The notes under the pieces: model-generated
Databases searched by the model: none
Seen by the model: the letters and a program-made list of their open reading frames with translations, nothing else
What the model was told of the DNA's origin: nothing
Shown here: piece by piece, positions 10,126 to 22,400 of the stretch
Position numbering within the stretch: position 1 is the first letter of the stretch
Layout of the letters: the number at the start of each line of letters is the position of its first letter
Program-made: the position numbers and the translations under genes
DNA from: Saprolegnia diclina VS20
Lineage: Eukaryota
Direction: 5' to 3'
DNA: 33,127 nucleotides
Assembly: GCF_000281045.1 (NCBI RefSeq)
Contig: NW_008246071.1
Span: 31,588-64,714 of the forward strand

Positions 10126-10858
10126 CCCAAACAGTGTCTATGTCACGTGGCGACGACGCCATTGGCTGGCGGGCTTTGGACCCGCTTTGAATTTTCACTG
10201 TATTTCTCACTGGATTTCCCACGTGATGGGTCGACGCAAGTGACCGATCCCACCAGCATCAGCGTACGAACCATAAACAAACGCATTCACGACTCAATGC
10301 TTTCGGACCTGATCGAGGACTGGATACTTTTGCGTGTCGTAGGACGACGTCGGAATATCTCTTGCGCACTGCCTTCTTCGGACGCAGGTACCGGCGACCG
10401 GGGCCTTTCAATTTGGGTGTTCATGCAGGTATATTCCGCTGATCAATGGCATTGAGAGTCATCCGAGGTCGCGCGTGCAGCGTGCTGGTCACCAACGAAC
10501 GTACTTGTTGCGGGCGATGACTAACCAGCCATCGTTGGACCACTTGGCCGCTCGCCCAGGTTCAGTTCCAAGATCCATTTCCCACACACTGTTTATTTTA
10601 CACGTATAGAATATAATATCGTGGTGATCTCCTTGGATCTCATCGCGCGCTGGATCCTCCACAGCATATTGCATCACCCGACGCCGCAAGTCGCGACCGA
10701 CGCCGCGTTGCTGCATGGGCGACGCAGTATATTTTGTGCACTCTGTCAAGTGTCTTACCTGTCGGCAGCGACGGCTCGCGTAAAATCCCACATTTCCCAC
10801 GCGACGTGAGTGCTGATTTTTGTCCCAGCACATGATCCTCGTAGACGGTGGGTGTTGG

Positions 10859-10875
10859 GCATTTTCCATTTTCGC
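10859..10875 (+). promoter_or_regulatory. Oomycete INR + FPR-like core promoter
   Basis: GCATTTTCCATTTTCGC lies about 10 nt upstream of the ATG at 10885. Confidence 0.45.
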
Positions 10876-10884
10876 CGCCGACGC

Positions 10885-12210
10885 ATGATGTTCCTGCCGG
10901 CGTGGCAGACGCCGTTGATGCTCGTCACGCCCATGATGGACGCTGTGTCGCCGTCGACAGCGTCGGATGACTCGCAGCGCAAGAAGGACGACGCGCGCCT
11001 TCGCAAGCAAAAGTACAACCGCGACCGGCTGCGCCAAAAGCGCACCGAGTACATGGCCGAATTCCAGGCGCTCGAGGCCCAGATTCGACAGCTCGTGGAT
11101 TTGCGCGACGAGGCGCTGCGAGGAAAGCAGATTGGCGTCTTGCCCTGGGTCGAGGTCGCGGCGGCGCTCAAGGCCGACAGCAGCCTCTCTCAGATGCAGA
11201 ACCGCGAGCTGCTCAAACAAGTACGGGCCGCGGAAGCGCTCTGCAAGTCGCTGCGCAGCTGGGTCGCGTCGCGCATCGTGCATGTACGCTCTCTTTCTTA
11301 AAGTTGGCAATCTTACATGAGCACCAGGCGACGCTCAACCCCGAGCACACGTCGTGGCGCGAGTCCATGATCCCAAAAGACGATGCGAGCCGGAAGCTCG
11401 GTCTCGACTGGATCTCCAAGCGTTTATACCACAACTTGAACGGCGTTATCGAAGCCAGTGGGCTGCCAGGCCCGATCGACAAGACTGCGTACTACCGCAT
11501 CGACGTCGAGCGCCAGAACGACACGTACCGCCTCTCTGAGTTCAAGCAGCGCGTCGAGCGCGTCCGGTTTGATATCGCCACGCGTACGCTCAGCGCCCAG
11601 TACTTTGAGACTTTCGACGGCGACGAGGTGGGCAGCTAGCATCCGATTTCTTGAAGCTGACGTGTGCCACTCTCTTAGGAAGAGCGCCAGAACGACGACA
11701 TGACGTATATACGGTACCCTTCGCTCTACGGGCGCACCAACAACGTGCCGTACACGGAGAAGATGCTCGTGCGGCAGTTCAAGGAGCAGCATCGATTTGT
11801 TATATTTACACACGGCGTGCCCGACGACGCCAAGTATCAAGACCCGATCCGGTGCGACTGGTCGGCCTGGTACTCTGCAGCGTATCCCACGTCTCGGCAC
11901 TGACATGCGTGGTAGGGTCGTCGTCACTGACCTTGGCGCGAACGAATGTCTCTTGCAATTTGGCTACACGGCGTACGGACTGCGATGCGACGACGGGTAT
12001 TTGCCGTTCGAGGTCGAGATGCCGGCGCTCGCGGCCTTCTCCGGCGACGACGATGACACGCGCTTTGCGCGCTTCCGGCACAAACAGCGCGACGACCGGC
12101 TTCGACGACAAATGGAGGACGTGGCAGCATTCCAAGAGCGCTGTAGGCAAATGGAAGCGGCCGTGGCGCCGTCCAACAACGGTAGTAGTCCCAACGTGAT
12201 TGTCCCATGA
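10885..12210 (+). CDS. bZIP-like protein with C-terminal alpha/beta (START-like, M96-family-like) domain; 4 exons, introns 11284-11327, 11628-11678, 11870-11915
   Basis: Basic region RLRKQKYNRDRLRQKR, LPWVEVA...QNRELLKQV, then RKLGLDWISKRLYHN and RQFKEQHRFVIFTHGVPDDAKY. Three GT-AG introns keep the frame. The start codon is uncertain (10885, 10918 or 10933). Confidence 0.82.
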
Positions 12211-12432
12211 GACCGTGCGACTAAGATCGATGCCCTTCAACCTCTGCGATGGAAATGCGTATCTTGCATTCGAACTGGATATGTGTGCAACTGTGCACCT
12301 GGGATATCAGGGATACAACAGGCATTTTGACCGCCGACATACGATTTAGTCTGGCTTCTCGGCCCGGATTCGCCCACGTGACGCCCTTTTTGGCGAATCA
12401 AACGTCGAGAGGCCGGTTGCACGACGCCGGCC

Positions 12433-13680
12433 ATGGGCAACACGGCCGAAGACGATGCACCGCCGATCGCATGGACGAGCACGCCCGAAGAGCGCAAGGA
12501 GCGCGCGCGGATCAAGAAGCAAGACTATAACCGCGAGCGGCTGCGGCAGAAGCGCTGCGAGCACCTCACGGCCCTCACAGCGCTCACGACCGAGTTCAAG
12601 ACGCTCTCCGCGACGCTGGCCCGCGCTCGGGCAACAACATCGACGTCGCTACTGCCATGGACGGCCGTGGCGGAGGCCCTTCGCGAAGAGCGCGACCTCA
12701 AGGAGGCGACAAACGCGGCGCTCAAGCAAGGTGTGCGGCGCTACAGGCACCTCTGCCGAACGATGCTGCATTGGCTCACTAGCACCGAGTCCATTCGCGT
12801 ACACGCTCACAGTCTAGAGCGCGCATGCTTTGCTCACTCTGCGTGTAGGCATACCCAACGTCCGAGAGACGGGCGTGGAGCTACAGTACACTGCCGTTGG
12901 ACAGCGATGCGCGCGCAATCGGCCTCGGTTGGATCGCCCATCGCCTGTACCACAACCTCGACGGGTACCTCGAGCGGAGTGAACTGCCCACGCCGACCAA
13001 TGGCGACCGTCCATACTACCGCCTGGACGTCCGGGCGCACGAGAATTCGTATTTCTTGACCGAGTTCAAGCAGTTTGTCGAGACGACACCGCTTCACGTC
13101 GTCGCCCAGTGCCTCTACGACCACTACTTTGAAACCTACGACGGCGACTATGTACGCGATTCCGCGTTGCATCGACTGAGTCGTGTTGTAGGTCGACATG
13201 CGTGGGTCCGACTTCTCGTACGTGCGCTACGCGTGCCTGTACGGCCTCGAGCTGCAGCGGTCGTTTCCAGAGCGCATGCTCACGCGGGTTTTTCGAGAAG
13301 AGAATCGGTGTATCGTCTTCACCCACGGCGTCTCGGAAGACGCCAAGTACAGCGACGACCCGATCAAGTCGCAGTGGACGGCGTGGTACTTGGTCGTATT
13401 ACTCGCTTCTAGTTTTCTCCACAAGAATAGGGTCGTCGCCGAGCGCATGGATACCAATACGACGGTCATCAAGCACGGCTTCGAGTCCTTTGGCCTGCAA
13501 ACAAAGGCGGGCTTCATTGACGTGGCCGACGAAGCGCCGTTCTTGCGCGACGTAGCCAGCGACGACGCGGCGCGGTTCGCCCAGTTTCAGCGCTATCAGC
13601 GCGACTACCGCGGTCGGCGATTCGTGGACGAGCACGATCGGTTTGCCAAGCGTCTCGCCAACTGTCGAGGCAACGCCTAG
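12433..13680 (+). CDS. Tandem paralog: bZIP-like protein with START-like C-terminal domain; 4 exons, introns 12799-12848, 13152-13191, 13386-13430
   Basis: RIKKQDYNRERLRQKR, LPWTAVA, RAIGLGWIAHRLYHN and RVFREENRCIVFTHGVSEDAKY align by eye with the upstream gene. The introns fall at equivalent positions and phases. Confidence 0.82.
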
Positions 13681-13738
13681 TGGCTAGTAGCAATATATCT
13701 ATATATGCACTGTACTCTACGTATCGAGTATCGACCAT

Positions 13739-16324
13739 CTACTCTTGTGGGAGCTTGCCTCGGCGCTCGGCGCGACGCGCTTGCAACTGATTCTCAAAGA
13801 ACGCTGTCATGAAGCGGTAGCTGCACAGAAAGCTGCGGAAGACTTCGCCCTTGATCTCGATCAGCGTCGTGTCGGATGTGCAGCGCACGCTCGCTTGGCG
13901 CTACACGCGTTCATCTAGACCACACGTCCATTGTATACAAACAAAGAGTACCACGGGGTTCGAGTCGGCCGCAACGCCCAGTGGAAAACAGTCGCCCGTC
14001 GTCATGTGCTCGACGACAACATTGTCCATGATGACGTCGACGGCGCCGTCGGCAATGATGTAGTACGAGTCGCAGACGTCGCCTTGGCGATAGACATGAT
14101 CGCCATTTCTAAACGCCGTGTGCGTGATGGATCCGTGGGCGTCTTCGATCGATTGAAGCAAGTGCGCGTGGGCCTGGCCCATCGCGCGGTCGGTCAGCGA
14201 GGCCTCCAGCGTCTTGTACATGTTGCTGACGTTGGCCAAGTCCTCCCGAAGCAGCTTGAGCACCTAGAGAGCTTTGCGTCAACAGGAGCTCGCAATACGA
14301 AGTTTGGGACCTTGCACGTGGGCGAGGCGCAAGCATATGTAGCCACGCGAGGGTGGATGGCCTCGGGAGCGAGGAGCTCCATCACACCAAAGTACTCACC
14401 CGCTTCGAGCGTGCGCAGTTGAAGTACTGAGTCGGGTGCCATGGGGTTCGCGCACCTCGCGTGCACCGTGCCTTCCATGAGTACGTAAAAGTGGTGGTCT
14501 TCGTCGCCCTCGGCGGAAATGACAGCGCCATAGTCGTAAACGCCGGACCGGAGGCTGCAGATCGCGAGCTTGATGTCATCATACGTCAGTTGTTTGGGCG
14601 CGGGGATCTCAGGGTCCCCGGTCGCCGCCGCCAGCATCTCGCGAATGTCGCTGTCGCTTAGCTGTTTTCTGTGCAATGTGCCACGTCAAATCGACTTGTT
14701 CGCTGAACCAAGAGAGGCCGTACCCGAGCTGCGCAGCCACGCGACGGAGATCGTCGTCTGAAATGTAGCCTTTCCCGTCCTGGTCAAAGACACTGAGTGT
14801 CGAGGCGAGCATCGCGGCCTTCTCGGCCACCGTCTCGGGGTTGGAGCTCACACCGCGCGCAAAATGGGCGACGTTAGCTTCGTCGTTGTCGTCACTGCCG
14901 ACGTCTCGCTTGTCGTCGTCATCGTTATCGTCCACCGGGGGCTGCAGCAAGACGGCAAGGATGCTCGCGCGAAGCCGACGCCGTCCGCGCTGGAAACGCA
15001 GCAAGCGCGCGGCGACCTTGTGCAGTGGCTGGACGCTAATGGACGCATTGTGGGGCGATAACCACGGGTGTCGCAGGGCGTCGTAGGCAGTCAGCCGCTT
15101 TGCAGGGTCCACAACCAAGAGCTTTTGGATCAAGTCCTTGGCCTCGGACGAAATCCGCCGCCACGCCCGCGTCTGCGTGTTGAACTGCCCCTTGACGATG
15201 CGCTTGCCAATCTAGCGACCTCGCTTGAGCTTCATACGGCGGGAAACAGGTACCTCTTGGTCCGAGAGCGTATTGAACGTATCGAACGGATGGCTGCCGC
15301 AGAGAAGAATGTAGAGCACGATGCCCAGCGCAAACCTACATTGTGGTGAGAGATGGCATAGTCTGACGCTTAGTGGCGTCCTACATGTCGGCTTCAGGGC
15401 CCACGGACTGCTTTGTAAAGGCCTCGGGGGCGCAGTACGCCGGTGTACCCGTGATCGGCACGTCGCTCGACCGCTCGCCAATGCGGAACGAGACGCCAAA
15501 GTCGACGAGGCAGAGCTCGTCGCCACGAAGCTAAACAAACACATTTTCAGTGCCGTCTTCGGCTCGTTGAGAGGACCATGATGTTTTCGGGCTTGATGTC
15601 GCCGTGAACGATGCCCTTGCGGTGCAGGTAGTGCATCGCCTGGCAGAGGTCGCGCAGCGCATTGCTCGCCTAATAGAACGCTTCATGCTTCATTTACGTC
15701 CGTACAAATGCCACACACCATTTTTTCCGAGTAGGCGCCATTGGCAACGAGGTGGTCAAAGAGCTCGCCGCCCGTGGCGAGCTCTTGCACAATGTACCAC
15801 GCGTCGTCCGACTCGTACACGCCGCGCAGTGCCATGATGTTGTTGTGGGCGCCGGCTATCTTGAGCAGGTCGACTTCGGCCCAGAACTCCCTATCCCATA
15901 GTACGCATGTACTACCCACTCGGATGGATCGTACTTGGACGACGTGCTTTGCTTCGACATCTCCTTGACAGCGACAACTTCGCCGGAGCGCCGATCGCGC
16001 GCCTTGCGGACGACGCAAAACCCACCTATCCGAGGTTACGGTACCCTCCAGACAACGCCGCAGGATACCTTCGCCAATGATGTCATCTAAAAGGACATAG
16101 TCGTCTTGGAGCTTGGCGCCAAGAACGTGCTCGTCGGTGTTGACGGCCATGGCCGCGCTGGCCGCGACGCCGAGGGCCGCCACGGCGCGGAGCACGCGCT
16201 GCCACTGCTCGTTTGGGGGCGCCGGCGTCGTCCACGCAGCTTTCGGCCAGTGAGTTGCTTCCTGCGCACCGGGACGTGGTAGCCGGCCAAGGCGCTGGAC
16301 GAGAGCGCGTCGGGCGCGTAGCAT
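13739..16324 (-). CDS. CAMK/CDPK-like Ser/Thr kinase with EF-hand and two C-terminal cyclic-nucleotide-binding domains, multi-exon
   Basis: Spliced kinase motifs IGEGGFCVV, VAVK, ELATGGELFD, HGDIKPEN, DFG, GTPAYCAPE, AKDLIQKLLVVDPAKRLTAYDALRHPW. EF loop FDQDGKGYISDDDL. cNMP-like EGDEDHHFYVLMEG...GEYFG...PRVAT and RQGDVCDSYYIIADG...GDCF...RQASV. Stop TAG at 13739-13741. Confidence 0.9.
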
Positions 16325-16476
16325 CACCTCCTGAATGGTCCCGTCGGCCGCGACTCGAAGTTCAACCGGTAAACTTCGACGAGGCTAAACGCACGCACTT
16401 GTTCGCGCCACAACGGAACTTGAAGCGCGCGCACTTGCACCCGCGATCCGGACAGTTTCATTTTTCCTCGACCTCT
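16325..16476. promoter_or_regulatory. Putative compact bidirectional promoter between the kinase (-) and the dynein-like gene (+)
   Basis: Only 152 bp separate the divergent ATGs. The region contains an INR-like TTTCATTTTTCC (~16456) and an ATCCGGA motif (16446). Confidence 0.5.
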
Positions 16477-19400
16477 ATGCCCCGCCGGCGCGCCCCATCG
16501 CATCCCGACGTCCTCGCGCTTGCGGCGCGCGCCAGCCACGGTGCGGACGCGCCTCTCAAGGACCAGCTTCTCCGGCGGGTGACATCCTCTGTGGCGGTGC
16601 CATCGCAGCAATCCTCCATGTGCCGAGACGACAGGCCACGCAACCAGGCGCCCGAGAACCTCGACATCATAGGTGCGGGCGTCCGTATACGGCAGACTGA
16701 CAGCAACGTACGTAGACTCGGCGGACAAGCTCCTCGCCTACATGCTGCACGTGATCGACTCGCGCGGCCGGGTCGAGCCCCGGGCCATTTGCATCCAAGG
16801 TTCGTCTACGGCGATCAAATTGTGTTGGTCTAAGCAGCGCTAGAACCACTGACGCTGCAAGACGCGGTGTTTGCGCCTCGGCGCAAGCCCATCGAAGTGC
16901 TGTATCTGACGTACAACCCGCACCCGCCGTGCCACTTTCGCAACGTCTACTGGCTCGTGCGGGCGCCCAAGGACATGGACCTCCGCGACGAGTACTTTAC
17001 GCTCACATCGTATGGCCTCACGCGCGTCTTGGGCCTCGAGTCGGGTACCGTATCGAGAGGCGTCTTGTCAAGTTGAGACGACGGGTATAGAGCTCTTTGA
17101 CCTCGAGGCGTGGTTGCGGGAGAAGGCCATTTTCGACAAGATCGTTCAAATGCAGTGCATTCACCAAATGCGCAAAATGACGGTCTTCCATACGTGGAAG
17201 CACAACACGATCGGTCTGCGCATCGCCCACGCCAAGTACCTCGCCCTGTCTTGCGTACGACTCATGGGGCATTAGGAAGCAGCTGGGCGAGGCGCTCCTC
17301 GCGTGTCACCCGATCGCAGGTCCCTTCCTGCTCACGGTGCAGCGACTCGTGTTAGACGTACGTACTTTGCGTTGTGCTACATGATTACACAGATCCACTA
17401 GATGATCCACGCCCTCTCGAGCGACATTGTGCCCCGGGGCAACCCGCAGCCGGTCCAAGCGTTGTCCAACGTAATGACCTTGACAAGACGTTTCGACTGC
17501 TCAAATGCTGTGCTTAGAATCGCGTACCGACGGAGGCGACCCGCGCACAGATAGCGTCCACCGTCACGCATATCCAAGCGCTATTGCTCGACGCACTCCA
17601 CCGACTCCGCGCCGGGCCCAATCCCGACGTGACCACCGTGCGCTACGGCCGTCTCTTGGCCAACGCCGACGTCCTTCCCGTCTTGATCCGCACCGTGGAC
17701 TTTATGCTTCTTGGCGCGTACTTTGGCGGCATCATGACGGCCCTCGAGCGCCTCAACGTGTCGGTGACTGGCTCGATTGTGTCGGCCCTCGAAGCACGCG
17801 GCTCGAGCACAGTCGGCGTAGCAGGCACGAGCGGGGCCCGTGACCGGTACTTGCACATGGACCAGCTCCTAGAGATGCCGACCGAGCACAGCGGGTCGAT
17901 CGCGTACAAGCGGCTTTTTCACTTGCACGGCGACGCGCTCCCCGACCCGCTCTTCTTTGTTGAAATGACTGTCGGGGATGCCGTGATCATTTCGCCGACC
18001 AAGGACGTGACTGTTCGCCACGTGTACGAAGCCATAGCGTTCGCGATCGAGTGCGTCGACGCCTTCCCGCGCGTCGTCAACGCCGAGCGGGTCCGGGCGT
18101 TTGTCCACGATCACTGCCGCCCGTTTTATAGGCACTGCTTTGGGCAGCACCTCTTGCCCGCGTCCGCCACGCTGCGCAACCACAGCGTTGTCGAGCGCAT
18201 CATGAAGGGTCTGCGAGCTGCCACCGACATTTACTATGTCGAAATGGAGGTCTTTCCAGGCCGACGCATATAATGGCTCATGCGGCGTAGGAGCTTGCGC
18301 AGGCGAGTCGGCTTGTACACGTCGAGTTTGCTCGGCTCCAAGATCAACTCGCAGTGACCACCCGAGACGAGACGGAGCTCGAGTCAAACGTGCTGAATGC
18401 TATGCCCGAGAGCAACACGAGCGATGACCTGGTCGCGTTCGTTGAAGCCCTCGAGATGACGCTGCAGTTCCAGGCCGACTTGCGCATGGTCGACAGCTTG
18501 CTCCAGATCGGCCCGTTTCTCGTCAACCGAAGCGCGTTTATCGGCAGCAGCTTGGACGCGTGCTCGGCGATGCTACGTCGGCTCTTCGACCTCGCGCCTG
18601 TTCGTTGCAACTGCTACTACCAGGCATCGCATGCGTCGTACGTCGGCCACACCAAGCTGCTCTCGTCGATCCCCGACTCGCTCGCTGAGGTAGGTCTTTC
18701 CTCCCCACACTTCCATAGACAAATGCCTAGTCGGTGGCGTGGCTGGAAACCTTCTTGATGTTGCGCACGGATTTGCCCGACGACGCCGAAGACGGCGACC
18801 ATCCTGCCGCGCGCCTCCAGTCGCTCCTGCAAGCGAGTGATGTATCGTGCGACAGCATCGACTACGAGACCAAGTGCGCCCTCGTGGGCAAGACCAAGAC
18901 GGACCAAGGTACCACCGGTAAATGTACTGTTTAACGATCCTGCCGATAGTCAAGTGGCGCGTCGCGACAAAGTCGCTGCACGAGTGCATCAGTCGTATCG
19001 AGACCAATAGCTCGTTTTACATGGAGATCCTCACGCGCACCATCGCTGTGCGCCAAGAGACACTCTTCTCGGAGATGCAAATGCTCTGGACGATGCTCGA
19101 GATCGAGTGGCAAGCGATCCAAGCCGAAGACGCGGCGACGGAGGCTGTACCGACCGGCTTTTACGGCCGCGCCAAGGCCGTGCCCGACCTCGTGTCACAA
19201 ACCAAGCTGCTCTTGCATACGGACGCCGAGCTGCGTCGAATTGTTGGACGCTTGGAATACTTTGATCCGGCGCACGCCGGCTTGTGCCAGCGCCCGTCCA
19301 AGACCGCCAAGCAGCGCGCCTGGCTGCAAGGACTTCTCATTCTCCACGACAACATCCAGCGCTTGATCGACCTCAAGACACGGGTCGCCAGCGAGCCGTT

Positions 19401-22400
19401 GAACGTACTGGACATGACGGCGCTTGCACACACCTTGGAAGCTATCTCGTGGCAGATTCATCCTCTCGGAACGGTTTTAGGACCTTCGCAGCCGCTCCTA
19501 CTGCGATTCCAGCGCCACTTTGCCGCCATGGAGCTCGCCATCGCGACGGCGGAGCGCATGCTTTCGTTCAAGCCCGACACATGGCGTTCGATCGCGTCAA
19601 CGCCCGATGCATGCACGCTGAGCCAGCTCGACGAGTGGCTCGCGACGCCGACAAAGAAGGCCGAGCTCGACGCGCTCTGTAGCGAATGCGTGCTCCAGCT
19701 CTCGGTGCACGCGACGTGGAGGACCGTGTCGGACCAGTTGCGACGCCTCACGCTGACGCTGACGCCGATGCATCGACTCGTTTTCGTCACCAACGTGCAC
19801 GACCTCATTGCTGCGTGTGAAGACGCGCAGCTCTCGCTGCTGACCATTCAGCACCGCGGCAACCCCGCGCTTAGTGAGTTGCAGGCGACACAAGCATCCC
19901 TGGCGCGGGCTCTCGACGTTCTCTACAACTTGGACCGCCTGCAAGAGGCATGGCACGCCACAGGTGTTCTCGTCGACCTCCCGGAAGCGCGCAAGGTGTG
20001 TGATGCAACGTTCGATGCAGCGCTCCAAACGCTCGACGTCGTGAGCTCCCAGTGGCGCGACAGAGTCATGGGCCTCTCGCGCACGCTAGAGCTGCAGAAC
20101 CAAGGTCCAACATTAGAGAAGCTGCGAGCTGCCTTTGACGGATTTGACTTTAACGCAAGCATCGCCGCATGCGACGCCCTGGGTGCCGCCATGGCCGCGA
20201 CGTATGCCTCGATGCGGTCTGAAGTCCCGCGGCTCTGCTTTCTCTCGGACGCCGATCTCTGGGCACTTGTGACGCGCAAGGCGTCACCGGACGCTGTCCG
20301 CGACATCGTTGTGCGCTGTTTTGATGGTGTTGCCGACGTTGACGTTGTCGTGGAGGCCACGACCATTGTCTCGGACGACGCGATGACGAGCCACTCGTTT
20401 ACCCAGTGGATGCTGGCAGGACACGCCGTGACGCTTCTCGAAGCCGTCGTCTACCTCGACGGCATTCGACTGCAGCTGCCCCAGCCGTTCCGAGTCGTCG
20501 GTAGTCTCGTCTTTTGGCTTTCACGCCTCGACACGGACCTGCGCCGGGTGATGCTGACGCTCCTCGGAGAGGCCCAGGGGGCCATCACCTACGACGCGTC
20601 CAATTCTGCGCTTTGCGAATGGCTCTCGACCTACTCGTTGCCAATCGTGCTCGCGTATCTGCACAAGAGCTTTTGCATCTCGGTGCACTGCGTCCTGCAC
20701 GCGAAGAGCGCGGCTGTCGCGGCCAAACACGTCCAGCTCACGACCACCACGTCGACACACGCAACGCACTTTCTGCGCCTCGTCGCCTCACTCCGGCACC
20801 CGCGGCCCATGAGCACGGTCCTGAAGCTCGAAGCGGTCGTCTTGCTACTCAAGTACGAACTCGAGACGCTCGAGGCGATGACGCAGGTGGCGTCGACGCG
20901 CGAGTGGGCCGATGTCACCAATGCCTTCCACTCTGCATTACGATTCGAGTCCCCGCGCGAGAACGACAGCAGCCACTTGGTCGCAGCCATGGGCCATGTC
21001 ACAATGGCATGTGACGTGCACGTTGACGTCCACGCGCCACTGCTCTTTCTGACGCCACCGACCACACGGTGTGCGTATGCCTTGTTGCACGTTCTGCAGC
21101 TCAACCTCTGCGTCGTGCCGTTCGCGCAGCACGGGTCTGGGAAGCGCACGCTCTTGCGCAGTCTCGGTAGCTTTCTCATGCGGTACTTTGTTCTTTTTCA
21201 AGCGAGCGAGGCAACATCGCACCGCGTCCTTAACCATTGGCTCGCGGGCGTCGACGCGCTCCGCGCGTGGGTGTGCGTCACCGACGTCTTTGCGTTGCCG
21301 CTCTCCGTGCTGCGGGTGTTTTTCGCTGATGTTTTGCAGCTCCAGCATGTCCGGTTTGGCCCTACGATCCGCTGGCGCCACGAGGATGCAGGCGGTGCGC
21401 TCTTCCTTCCGGTCCATGGCCTCACGCCACCGACGCACGTTTTGGGCCCCTGGCTCGGTCAGCCGCTGCGTCCGCTCGCTGTCGTAGCGCACGACCGCCG
21501 TCTCTTGCTCCAGAGTCTGCTGTACATGAAGGGGTTTTCCGAACCCGTACGTGCTAATGTACCCGATGCGTTTGTTCTCATCTGCAGCTAGTTGCACGCC
21601 GAGCTGGATGGTTTCTTGACCACCCTTGTCCTGCTCGAGCCGAACGCAGAGCGCTTTTTCACAGTGAGTCTCTATCTGCGCGTGACGACGCTGGCGTCGG
21701 CCATTGTGAAATCGGTCAGCTACATCCTCCGCTCGGCCGAGCACGCGGCGTCGCACCTGACGCACAATGCGTCACCGCTCAACATTATGCGCTACAAGGA
21801 CACCAACGTCCTGCGCTTTGCGTTGCTCCTCGTGCTCTCGCCACTGGTTGACGCGACGCCGTTGACGTCGGCCTTGGACCGCTTTTTCCCGTCCAATCTC
21901 GAGCTCGGACAGGAATACCGCATGCTCGAGGCAGCGGTCCGCGTCGTGCTCGAGAAAGCATCCCTCGTTGCGACCCCTCAACTGGTGGCCAAAACCGTTG
22001 CCCTGTACAACCAAATCCAGGTCGCTTGCGCGATCCAGGAGGCAACACCTCACTGCGAAGTAGATGCGCGCACCCGTCCTTCTTGTGGGACCAGCGGGTG
22101 CCGGTAAGTCGACGCTACTCAAAGCGTGCCTGCAAGCCCAGCAGCTCATGCGGTGGACCATGTGCCCGCAGTCGGACCCGTCGACGCACCTCACCAAGCG
22201 CATCAACCTCGTCGTCTTGGGTATGATTGAGCTGGAACACATGCAGCTGCACTCGCATCTGCGCCGTCAAGGGTCGACGAATGCGATTCTGCACACGTTC
22301 TGCCAACGTCCGCCGATCGTAGCGACTGAGACGATGAGCTGCGTCTTGTTCGATGGTCCGCTGCCGCAGCACCCGAGCGCGCTCGAGACCTTGGTGTCGC

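Noticed and set aside
9954..10222. N-terminal ~100 aa of the 594-aa ORF (MGNPVRNT...)
   Set aside because: Starts at a non-ATG codon and reads through promoter and intron. The alternative frame from ATG 10125 with a canonical 44-nt intron is more plausible.
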